DNA of 30,483 bases from a virus (Duplodnaviria; Caudoviricetes), in the IMG/VR virus record IMGVR_UViG_3300020043_000786, positions 1 to 30,483 of that record; one strand, given 5' to 3'. A model generated the notes under the pieces. The model ran no database searches, was not told the DNA's origin, and saw only the letters and a list, made by a program, of their open reading frames with translations. The position numbers and the translations under genes are program-made. The stretch's first letter is position 1, and every line of letters begins with the position of its first letter. This document shows, one piece after another, positions 1 to 9,700 of the stretch.

Positions 1-2
1 GC

Positions 3-212
3 AATCAACCTAATCTGCGTGGCTCTGTCCATGTAGACAAAGTATTGTTAGAGAATTTAATCCATCAATCAAAAGGTCAACTAGTAGAGATTGCTATTGC
101 TGGGTGGAATCAGAAGTCTAAAGCAGGTGAACCTTACATTTCACTTGCAGTATCTGAACCATATAAGAAAGAAGAACAATCAACTGGGGAGAAACAACCA
201 TGGGAAGTGTAA
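3..212 (+). CDS. 5'-truncated SSB-like/DUF736-like phage protein (C-terminal part)
   Basis: Not in the ORF track. Frame 3 reads NQPNLRGSVHVDKVLLENLIHQSKGQLVEIAIAGWNQKSKAGEPYISLAVSEPYKKEEQSTGEKQPWEV*; the P-x-x-R-G...AGW...G..Y.SL.V pattern with a PW tail recalls DUF736/SSB-like phage proteins. Confidence 0.65.
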   Translation, partial: NQPNLRGSVHVDKVLLENLIHQSKGQLVEIAIAGWNQKSKAGEPYISLAVSEPYKKEEQSTGEKQPWEV

Positions 213-646
213 AGCGTGGACGACCCGTTGGATCTAAGAACAAACCAAAGGTTAAGACTGTGCGCCTCACCAATACTCAAATAGCGCTTGGTAAAAAGTT
301 GGGCGTGTCTCCTGAGCAGTATGCAAAATCACTTATTAAGATAGAGAAACAAGAAAAAGCTTCTTTAGCTAGAAAGAAACGTGCCTCAATTAAAAAAGTG
401 GATTGGGAGAAACTTTCTAAAGAATTACATGAGTCACTTAAAAGTCAAATTAAAGAAAACGAACAGCACTATAACTGGTGCTTGGAGTGGAGGGAAAAGT
501 TTGACAAACTAGAGGCTGAACATAAAAAAGAGGTTGAAGAATTAAATGCTCAGTTACATCAATCTTCTATTCGTGCTTATAAATTAAGAGGCATTGTCGA
601 GTATTTGGAGGATCAAATTGAACACAATTCAATTCGAAGCAATTAA
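200..646 (+). CDS. AT-hook-containing basic protein with C-terminal coiled coil
   Basis: KRGRPVGSKNKPK AT-hook-like motif; GGAG SD upstream; heptad-rich C-terminal half. Confidence 0.8.
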   Translation: MGSVKRGRPVGSKNKPKVKTVRLTNTQIALGKKLGVSPEQYAKSLIKIEKQEKASLARKKRASIKKVDWEKLSKELHESLKSQIKENEQHYNWCLEWREKFDKLEAEHKKEVEELNAQLHQSSIRAYKLRGIVEYLEDQIEHNSIRSN

Positions 647-1043
647 GACCGCTTTAAGACAGACTAAAGATGGCTATGGCTTATCATTAGCTGTTCATCC
701 TGACGACTTGCCAGATGACTTAATGCGTGATTTTGTAGGCTCTAGGTACATGGTAGTCATGGTTCGTATTGGAGACAATGAAAAACCAGTTAATCGTGAA
801 CTAGAATTTCCAGGAGACCATGCAGTAAAAGTAGCTGGCATGATGTGCAGAGATCCCGATTTTTGGAAATGGATTAAAGAGAGGGCGGTATTGCCACAAG
901 AAATTAGTTCTGAAAAAGAATGCGCATCATGGTTGGCTGATTACTTAAACATACAGTCTCGTAAGGAATTGAAGGAAAAAGAAACAGTTAGAGAAGAATT
1001 TAATAAATTACGGAAATCATTTGAAGCTTGGAAAAAATCATGA
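618..1043 (+). CDS. Phage hypothetical protein
   Basis: ORF track 594..1043; TTG at 618 with GGAGG at 607-611 is the more likely start (MNTIQFEAIKTALRQTKDG...). Confidence 0.8.
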   Translation: MNTIQFEAIKTALRQTKDGYGLSLAVHPDDLPDDLMRDFVGSRYMVVMVRIGDNEKPVNRELEFPGDHAVKVAGMMCRDPDFWKWIKERAVLPQEISSEKECASWLADYLNIQSRKELKEKETVREEFNKLRKSFEAWKKS

Positions 1044-1324
1044 CAGAAAAAAAATTAGTTCCATACAATCTTTATTTGTATACAGAACACGTAGATAAAT
1101 TAAAGAAAATGGCTGGTCAACGAAAGGCGTCCAGTCTTGTACGAGATGCGGTCTCTATGATGTTAGATGGTAAAGACGAGTATTACGCTGGATACAATCG
1201 TGCTTTATCAGACTCTGTATCTGTCATCAATTCATGCAAAGAGATTGAGTGTATTGCAGTGCGTGGCGTACAGATCTCTGACATTTTGGCAGATCAAATT
1301 AAAGCCATGGAGAAAACAAAATGA
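1040..1324 (+). CDS. Hypothetical protein, possible ribbon-helix-helix DNA-binding N-terminus
   Basis: ATG 1040 overlaps the upstream stop (ATGA); VPYNLYL strand followed by two helices (EHVDKLKKMA, ASSLVRDAVSMML). Confidence 0.7.
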   Translation: MTEKKLVPYNLYLYTEHVDKLKKMAGQRKASSLVRDAVSMMLDGKDEYYAGYNRALSDSVSVINSCKEIECIAVRGVQISDILADQIKAMEKTK

Positions 1325-1491
1325 CCGATGAAGATCGTAGAGATTGTTTTGCATTTATGCTGACAGTTGGGTTTGCTATGAAAGGCGAAGTAAATCCAAA
1401 AGCAATATGGGAAATAGCAGATATGCTTGTTGAAGCCCGTGATGAAAAGCCTGAAATGGGTATTAAAACTGTGCGTAAGGGGAGAAAGTAA
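1321..1491 (+). CDS. Small phage protein, LRDYFA-like family (56 aa)
   Basis: Below the ORF-track cutoff: MTDEDRRDCFAFMLTVGFAMKGEVNPKAIWEIADMLVEARDEKPEMGIKTVRKGRK*; GGAG SD; ATGA and TAATG overlaps on either side. Confidence 0.8.
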   Translation: MTDEDRRDCFAFMLTVGFAMKGEVNPKAIWEIADMLVEARDEKPEMGIKTVRKGRK

Positions 1492-1844
1492 TGTTAAAGA
1501 CAACGCCAATTCGTAAGTCTATGGATGGGATGAGTGCTATGACTAATAGTTGCTTTCCAATTGGACCAAAAAGTTCTACAAAAAGAGATTGGATTAGGGA
1601 TAAAGATCTTTATCTTGGGCATATTAGTGGCATAGAAAGGATAGTAACTCCAGTCTATATAGCGACCGATATGAAAAAAATCGCATATCTTATGGATGCT
1701 GTAACTGGAACTTTGTACCGACCAAGAGATGGCAAATGTATGACATCTGATAGATTGGTTTTGAATAAGTATGAACAGGTAGAAGGTCTTGACAAACGCC
1801 TAATGAAAGTTAAAAGTGAGCAATTTGCAGGAGGTGAAGAATGA
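1491..1844 (+). CDS. Phage hypothetical protein
   Basis: 117-aa ORF, TAATG-coupled to the upstream gene; YLMDAVTGTLY motif. Confidence 0.75.
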   Translation: MLKTTPIRKSMDGMSAMTNSCFPIGPKSSTKRDWIRDKDLYLGHISGIERIVTPVYIATDMKKIAYLMDAVTGTLYRPRDGKCMTSDRLVLNKYEQVEGLDKRLMKVKSEQFAGGEE

Positions 1845-2062
1845 AAGATACCCCATACAACAACGGCAAGATTAAGATAGGTAGCGAAGTGTATCTTAAC
1901 AAGTTAGTTAACCCACCATACATTGAATATGATGAGGATATGTTGGAGTTGCAAAGCTACCTTATCCATGACCCACGCATACTAAACAAAGAGTATTGGC
2001 TTAAACGGGTTTACATTATGTTTCTTCTTTTTGTTTTGACTGTACTCTTAATGGCAAATTAA
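1841..2062 (+). CDS. Small protein with C-terminal transmembrane helix
   Basis: GGAGG SD; C-terminal VYIMFLLFVLTVLLMAN. Confidence 0.75.
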   Translation: MKDTPYNNGKIKIGSEVYLNKLVNPPYIEYDEDMLELQSYLIHDPRILNKEYWLKRVYIMFLLFVLTVLLMAN

Positions 2063-2063
2063 T

Positions 2064-2237
2064 ATGATAGTCACCATACTTAATATGTTTGCCCTGTTTG
2101 TCGCTACCTGTGCGGTGCTGATCTTTGCTGTGGTCTTTGCGTTCTTTCTGTTCATCATGTATGCCTGTATCCACATTGGGTGGAGAGAGATTAAAGGGAT
2201 GCCATTGTCTGAGTTATGGGAGAGGATTCAGAAATGA
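2064..2237 (+). CDS. Small membrane protein (57 aa)
   Basis: Below the track cutoff: MIVTILNMFALFVATCAVLIFAVVFAFFLFIMYACIHIGWREIKGMPLSELWERIQK*; fills the gap exactly, ATGA overlap with the next gene. Confidence 0.75.
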   Translation: MIVTILNMFALFVATCAVLIFAVVFAFFLFIMYACIHIGWREIKGMPLSELWERIQK

Positions 2238-2464
2238 GAAAAGTGAGCATACGAACAGTTGAAAATACTATTGGGCTGGCACGTAGTGTCGCTAATGGAA
2301 CAACCAAATTTCCTTTCGTTGGTTATTGTGCAGATCTGATGGAAAAGATGTTGGAAGAGATTAAAATGCTACGCCAACAAGCAGACTACATAAAGCATTT
2401 GGAAGAGGGGTTGCAGTCGTCAATTAATTTAAATAAAGCACAAGCGGAGAGACAAGAGAAATGA
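2234..2464 (+). CDS. Hypothetical coiled-coil protein
   Basis: ORF track 2216..2464; ATG 2234 (GAGGA SD, ATGA overlap) is the more likely start. Confidence 0.7.
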   Translation: MRKVSIRTVENTIGLARSVANGTTKFPFVGYCADLMEKMLEEIKMLRQQADYIKHLEEGLQSSINLNKAQAERQEK

Positions 2465-3093
2465 CATTTCTTGTAGCCAATATACCACCCGTTAAATGCT
2501 TTGTTCGCAAAGAGTTTCTTTATAACCACGAGAAGGGGCATGGAGAACTAGAGCCTTGTGTATGGATGACTGCTAAGGCAATCAAGGGTCAAGCGTTTCG
2601 TATCGAGTCAATGCTGACCAACTACGGGGCGTTGTACGACAAGCTACCAATCCATGCCTATGTATGGAAAGAGGTAGCCGAGCCGTTGCCGTTAGACCAC
2701 CTACAGATATGGGACTGCCTATCGTATGACATGGCGGTGATTGAGAAGTCTAACTTGCGGGGTTTGAAGGTTAAGTTCTTTGGCAAGGACAAACAGTTTC
2801 ACTTTGGTAATTACTTGTTCACCATTGACTTTGCATCGCCCGAATCTAACAGACTAGATACTAGCTTTTCAGAGGGTGTTGAGGAGCATAAGTCGTATAA
2901 CTTTATCCGCTTAGATAACGGGCAGTTTGCCTGCCAGCCCAATAATCGATGCCTTTGGTACGATGTATCACTAGTACCTGCTGTCTTAAAAACTCCTGAC
3001 TTCCGCATACCCACCGAGGTATATAGCGTTGAGAATCACGCTAAGTGGAGTGCTAAGGATGAATGGTTTTATAACTTTGAGGAGATAACATGA
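2461..3093 (+). CDS. Conserved phage protein of unknown function
   Basis: 210 aa; ANIPP...VRKEFLY, GALYDKLP, LQIWDC, YLFTIDF, EHKS, LDNGQFACQPNNR motifs recall a widespread aquatic-phage family. Confidence 0.8.
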   Translation: MTFLVANIPPVKCFVRKEFLYNHEKGHGELEPCVWMTAKAIKGQAFRIESMLTNYGALYDKLPIHAYVWKEVAEPLPLDHLQIWDCLSYDMAVIEKSNLRGLKVKFFGKDKQFHFGNYLFTIDFASPESNRLDTSFSEGVEEHKSYNFIRLDNGQFACQPNNRCLWYDVSLVPAVLKTPDFRIPTEVYSVENHAKWSAKDEWFYNFEEIT

Positions 3094-3311
3094 CTACCTT
3101 TACTACCGAAGACCGTAAAAACGCATCACCCCCACACATTGTAGATAGTGGTGCGAGTATTAAAACATTAGCAGACTTTATAGAACAAGAGACCCGTGTA
3201 GAAATGTTACGCCACCAGATGCAATTATTACTGGAGGAGATAAATAAACTACAGGCTGAGAATGCCAAGCTCAAAAGGGAAGTAGAAGACCTGATGGATG
3301 GGAGATGTTAA
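3090..3311 (+). CDS. Hypothetical coiled-coil protein (MTTFTTEDR type)
   Basis: GAGGAG SD, ATGA overlap, heptad C-terminus. Confidence 0.75.
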   Translation: MTTFTTEDRKNASPPHIVDSGASIKTLADFIEQETRVEMLRHQMQLLLEEINKLQAENAKLKREVEDLMDGRC

Positions 3312-3478
3312 TGGATATCCAACTAAGAGATTACTTTGCCGCTAAAGCTATGGCGGCTTTGATAACAGAGACGGGTCTGATGCTAGACGACTTTGCTGGT
3401 GAGGCTTATGAGATTGCAGATAAAATGATGGTCGCCCGTGATAAAAGACGAGAAGAAACACAAGCAGATCCTAGCTAG
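3311..3478 (+). CDS. Small phage protein, LRDYFAAKAM family (55 aa)
   Basis: Below the track cutoff: MDIQLRDYFAAKAMAALITETGLMLDDFAGEAYEIADKMMVARDKRREETQADPS*; TAATG overlap, GGAG SD. Confidence 0.85.
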   Translation: MDIQLRDYFAAKAMAALITETGLMLDDFAGEAYEIADKMMVARDKRREETQADPS

Positions 3479-3725
3479 ACTAGGTTGTATGGTATGCCGT
3501 AGGGTATACGGGATAGACCATGGAGAAGTAGAACTACACCATATTCGGGGTGGCAGAGGCTGGGGTAAGGGTGACTACACTACCCTAATACCGCTTTGCA
3601 CAGAACATCATCGTGGGAATACAGGCGTCCACGGATTAGGCACTAAAGCCTTCCCAAAACACTATGGCTTTACAGAGGAAGATCTCCTCAATGACGTTAC
3701 TTATTTGCTTTCAGAGACTTCCTAA
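3438..3725 (+). CDS. Ref-like (RecA-dependent, recombination enhancement) HNH nuclease
   Basis: LGCMVC...ELHHIR...LIPLCTEHHRG..GVHG...F...YGFTEEDLL: Zn-binding CxxC plus CxxHH signature of the P1 Ref/DUF968 family. Confidence 0.8.
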   Translation: MIKDEKKHKQILARLGCMVCRRVYGIDHGEVELHHIRGGRGWGKGDYTTLIPLCTEHHRGNTGVHGLGTKAFPKHYGFTEEDLLNDVTYLLSETS

Positions 3726-6700
3726 CTGACTCTGCTTGTTCTGCCAGAATTGACAAAATCTGTTTCATATTGTCAATCATCTCTCGTTTGGTCGTGCCAT
3801 CTAAAGTCTTATCATTAGTAATGACACGGATCTGCGCACGAACATTAGCCATTTCCTTAGCGGTCTTATCGTACATTTTGTTAAGAGCAATCTTATCGCC
3901 CTTTTCTTCTAGGATCTTCTGGACTTTCTCGGTGTCACCAAGCTCTGCGTAGTGACGCATATCAGCATAGGCTTGATTAATTTCCTTGTTGTTCTCGTAG
4001 AATGTTGTAACGTAACGTGACTGATCGCTTGGCAGACTCTTAATAAATCCTTGGCTTACTTTATCCATGACCTTGATATCTGGATATGCACCATCTCTGA
4101 ATGGTAGGGTGGCGTATACGGATGCCTGAGTAGCGGTGCCTCCTAACCATCCAAAATAAGCCTTAATAGCGTAATCGACCTGAACTGGGGATAGGGATAC
4201 CTTCTCTCCAAAGATTGAAGATAGACCGCCTAGAGCCTGTGCAATAGGGCTTGTATTATCTGTTACCCGTTCTTGTTTGGATAGTCTTTCCATACCAGCA
4301 GACTCAATAGGCGCACCTGTAAATGCGTCTTTGTTGGCGTATAGATCAACTAGTGGACGGATCATCTGTGGAATTGGGTTGATAGCAAACGTATCTGTAA
4401 GCATACGGAATACGCTATCTCCAAATGCCTTGCCTTCTGCACCCTGATCTACGATCTGCTCAAGGACACGCTCTGCCATCGTACCGAATGCACCAATCTC
4501 AAAAGGTTTTGGAACACGGAATGCCGCTTCCATACCTGGTAAACGGAACCACCAGAAGTTATCTCGATCCCATGCTTCCCGCTTCTGGAACTCTTCATCG
4601 TCCTTAAACGCCATATAGAGAAGCATGGACGCCATGGCTACGGCTAAGGTTGTATAACCAAACGCACGGGCTTTCTGTGCATCGTTGGCTTCAATCTCTT
4701 TACCAGTGATAGTGTTGTAGAGGACACGGCTGGTAGGCGTAATACCGTCTCTGCCGAGCTTGTATAAACCTTGAACACGGGCATTCAAGAATGGGATGGT
4801 CTGCGCTGCCAAACGGAATGCGGGCCAAGAGCCTTGCATCGAGAAGTCTAGTAAGTCCCTAGCGTAGAAAGACGCTTGCAAATGATCGTAACCTTTATCT
4901 TTAAGTTGGTTATAAAGTGCCATACGATTAGCCGACTCAGACTTATTGCCCCAATCCTTATACTTCTCCCATAGGATGGTTAGTCCTTTCTTAACTTTAT
5001 CTGGGGAATCTAGAATGGTATTAGCATCTACGCCCTGATCGAGCAGTCGCTTGATTAATTTACTCTGGTCGCCTTCGTATGCAGTACCAAAGTTAAATAT
5101 CGCGCCCCCTGCTAAAGCAGATATGTGAGCAGGATTGTTGCGATTACTTGCAACCCATCCATCAATAACGTTAGCAAAAGGATTCTTCTTAAGATCGGTT
5201 ACTGCGATTGCCGAGATAGAGTCACGGAACAAGTTACGGACTTTAAACGCTGGCGAAATAGTTACACCAAACTGAAGCATATTCTTGAAGTCACGGGCTA
5301 CGTCTAAGAACTTAGACTTTGGACCCATATAGCCAATCGAACTAATCGAGTCTAATAGCATTGGATCGACCACACGATAGTAAATCGGCTGTCCATCATT
5401 CATCATTTTGACTGTGCCTTTATCAGCAGTAGTCATGTAAGGCTTGACAGAACCATCTCCAATAATCTCGCCTGTAGAACGATTAACTACGTTGCCATCT
5501 ATAAATTCGTACTGGAGTTTTAGATTAGGCATGACCGCACCAAAATTGGTAGCGTCCTTCATGATGGTATTGACTGCTTGATTCTTCATGGAGGCAGACA
5601 GGATATGACTCCAGTTGCGTAGAGTATTCTCCATCAAATCGCCATAAGGTCTTTCCCCGCCTGTAAGTTCTTTCGAGAACTGTTGGTTTGTTAGACCAGA
5701 AGCGGTAGACGCACCCTGCAAATCCCCGTCTTCCATGGCACGGTAGAAAGGAATGTAGTTAATATCAGCAGAGAAACGCTCGTAAGCACCAGGATTATTT
5801 GTGTAGTAATCAATTAACTCTTGACGCAAATCAGGCGTCATATTGTTTAGGGAATTGATATCACGAACTAATGCACGATAGTCTTTGAGGATGTCTTTAT
5901 CTTCCTCGGTAACATTCATTGCCTTTTTATTTTCTATACGCTCAATCTCTTCTCTGTAAGGACGAGTTAGGATTTCCTTGTCCTTGGTAGTTAGGAAGTC
6001 TCTAGCATTTAAATCATCAATCTTCTGTCTAGAAGAGTCGATTAGTCCAGCGTCTAAGGCTACCTTAAGAACAGACTTGTTTAAGGTATTCATCTCGCTA
6101 CGGACTTTATTGTAGATCTCTAAGCGTGGCTTACCGTCTATTGTTCCTTCTGCAAACTCATTCCTACGCTTGATTAACTCTCCCATGTTAGGCATTTTGG
6201 TGCGCTTTTCCATGGGTAGCTGAGATTCACGATTGAGGGCAACCCACATCTGATAGCGGTCTACTTCTTGACCAATTGGCTTCATGATATCCATCAAGCC
6301 CTTGGTTCCTTGTTTAATGTTTAACGCACCACTATCGTTAAAGACTTGACCAAAGAATGTTAGACCCTCTAACGCACCATCTACTGTCTTAGATAGACGG
6401 GCTTGCATATAGCCTTCTTCGCTATAGTCCTTGATAGCACGGAATTGGTCAGCAATACCCTGAGCAGTCTTCTTCCAGAAGTTATCCCGTAATCCCTCTA
6501 TGCGGTCGATAATCGTCTTCTGCTGTGGGTAAAAGACTGGCTGTGCTAATTGAACTAGCTTTGGATCTACGTCCGCAAACGCACCCATGGGGATAGGCTT
6601 ACGTTTTTGTAGTAATTCTTTAGCCTTGGCAATAGCTATAGGGGCAGTAAACTCTTCGTCTATCTCTTCTCTAACAGGAGAGAATGTGCCTTTGTTACTA

Positions 6701-9700
6701 GTAGCAGACTTAACTTGATTTGGTTCAAACGCAACCCATTGTTGGGTTATCTCATCAGGCATACCTTCAACTTTTTCTTCATATACAACGCCATCGTAAC
6801 CCTTGTTTTTTAAATCATCGATGTCGTAGCTTATAAATTCTTCAAAAGACGCTTTAAATGGATTAGTAATCCTTACATAAGCTGGGACAACATTTTTCCC
6901 ATATGTTTTAGCAAATGATTCTGCTTCCCATCCACCAAAGAAAAATGCGCCTTCTTCAGTATTAAATTTCTTGAATTTAGAATCTGTACCGTGATAAACA
7001 ACTACTGGATTTCCATTCTTGTCTACAACTTTAGAGTCACCAAACCAACGCTTAAATGCTGGTGTATCGGTTTGAGGTTCAGCGCCAACCTTCTCATAGA
7101 GATAGTTTTCTTTGGAGTCGTATTGTGCATTCTTAGCCAATACAAAGTTACCAACTTGGATTAACTCATCGGCAGACTTGACTGGCATAGCGTTGGCTCT
7201 GTCATAGAAATAGCCATGACGGGTAGGATCTACGCCTACCTGAATCCATTCTGGGTCATTTAATAACTCAGTAACTCTTTTGTAAGCCTCTTCTGGAGAG
7301 ATGTTCTTATACTTTCCTTCCATGGTCTGGGCTGGTAACTTGCCTTCGCCAGTAGCAACCTTGAGCAAAGCCTGTTGGTTTCTGTTAGAGAACTTCACAT
7401 CTGTAGCTGCGGCAACGCTGCCATAACCAATCACTTGACCAACCTTGCTGGTATTACTTCCTTGATGGATAGACACAACGCTTGCGCCTTTACGCAAGGC
7501 ATTGATATCCATACGCAATCCAACTGGTGTGCCGTCCGCAATATTAGGATTTAACTTATCTTTCTGATTAGTAGCCAGTGCATTTCTCATAGCTTCATTA
7601 GATGCGGGTTGGCGTGGTGCTGGAACAGGGGCAATAGGCGCATACTTATTGACCATCTCCTCAAACTGCTCTCTGGTTAAAACGCCTTGCTGTAATTGTT
7701 GTGCAGCAATAGCCAGTTCTTTTGAACGACCAGGCGGTAGTTTTCCTAAATTAATGCCTTCTTCAGCAACGTCAGTACCAACTGATTTTTTAAATTCTTT
7801 AATGTTGTCCCATGACATATCAACAATTTTAGGATCTAAATTATCAACAACCCTTCCATCAGGTAATTGATAGAACGTATATCCATCATCTGTTTTGAAT
7901 TGGCGTGTAAAAATCTTTTCACCTTCAAAACGCACCCCTGTTTTGCTAATTTCCGCAGTAATATCAGAGATTGGTTTTTCTAGGATCTGATCGGTTGCAC
8001 GAACAACTGCCTCAAGTGCAGTCTCATATTCTTCGTTAATACCTAACAATCTACGGAAGACATCTACTAATTCATTAAATAAAGTCTTTTGTTTTCCTAC
8101 TTTAATTTTGCTTAGGTAAATCTGGAAGTCTGTATCAGTTAATCCCCAAGCAACTAACTCTCTAGGATTCTTAATTGTGTTAGCACCACCAGCAATACGA
8201 GAAAGAATTGGGCTTTTCTTACCAGCAGCAATGTCTAAATTAACTTGTTTACGAACTTTAATACGAATGCTCTCTAAGTCTTTGTAAATTTGGCTGGTTT
8301 TTTGAAGTATACGTAATTCACCATTAGTAGCAATGTGCAATAACTCATGCAAAATGGTTACATAACCTGCGGTAAATTTATCAGCATCACCATTATTTTG
8401 AACGCCATTAAACTCTAACGTAAATTTAGTGCCAAGCGAGCTATAAATAGTGTTGGTTACACCTCTTGTACCAGAATCTACTAACTTTGGACCAGATGCT
8501 GTGCTAATTCTTGTTTTATATCTTTTGTCACCATTACGAACATTAACTTTTTTTACAAACATTTTTTTTGCAGCAAGACCATCTATGACCTTTTTAACCT
8601 TGACGGATACTGCTCGTGCCGCACTGTTGGGTGCATTATCAATAGAGTATTGAGCTAGTTCAGGAATAGTTAATCCATCAATTTCTTTAGCAATTTGCTC
8701 TTTTGGTTTATCAATATCAAAATCAATAGGTTCTGATTCTGGTTTAGTTGGAACTTCTGGAGTAGGCTCTTCAAATAAACCTGGCTCCCCTGCTGGAGTT
8801 TCTAATGCTTTATAGACTTCAGACAATGGCTTTTTAGGAACAGCACCAAACATATCTGTACCAGCCTGTGTCTGCTTGATAGCCTCATCTGCTAATGCAC
8901 CTAAGCGTTCACCAATCCGCTTACCAGAACGAACATTGTCAGCAAACATATCTAGGACTAAAGCGGAGTTAGGATCTACATCCAATCCTATTTGCTGTGC
9001 TGCGGTCTTCAGGTTCATGCCTGTACGTCTAGCGTTAACAGCTAGTTCGGCTGCCTGAATAATGGCATTACGAACATCATACTCACCAGCACCTTCTAGT
9101 TGTGCCATCTTAGGCGCTACTCTGGCTAGTGCATTCAATATGGTTTTGGCTTCAGGATCGGCTGCCTGAGCGTATAAATTAATTAGGGAGTCACTACCAT
9201 ATGCCTTTTGGAAAATAGCGTTTGCAAGGCGGTCTATAGCCTGTGTGGTAGGTCTTCCAGATTTATCCGTTAGTTCAGTGCGTTCCTCGATAGGCATCGC
9301 ATTGATGAACTGCATTAGGGTTTTCCCTGATGGAGTGCCGTCTTCGTTGAACTCAAGTCCGCCTAAGTCAAACCTACGGATATCGTTCTTGGCAGTTTCA
9401 ACGGGAGACAGTCTGGCAATTGTAGGTCTATTAGAAAGGTCTGCAATGTTTGGTGTTACATAGGATTGGGGCATGATCCTAACCAATACTGGATTAGGCA
9501 TCAATTTAATTACTTCAGGATTTACACCATGGTTTTTATCAGCGATTAACTGATTCTTATAATCTTCTGCTGTGCCTCTGGTATATGCGGCTTTTAGTCC
9601 AGCAATCCTTCCGTTTCCAGCAATTGCCCGCAAACCATCTTGTTGCATATCCATGAACATAGGATCAATTGTCCCGTCCGCAAGATTGGACGAATGCACC

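Noticed and set aside
1294-1509. Minus-strand ORFs in the early block (1294-1509, 2811-3014, 3053-3274)
   Set aside because: Each lies opposite better-supported, translationally coupled + strand genes
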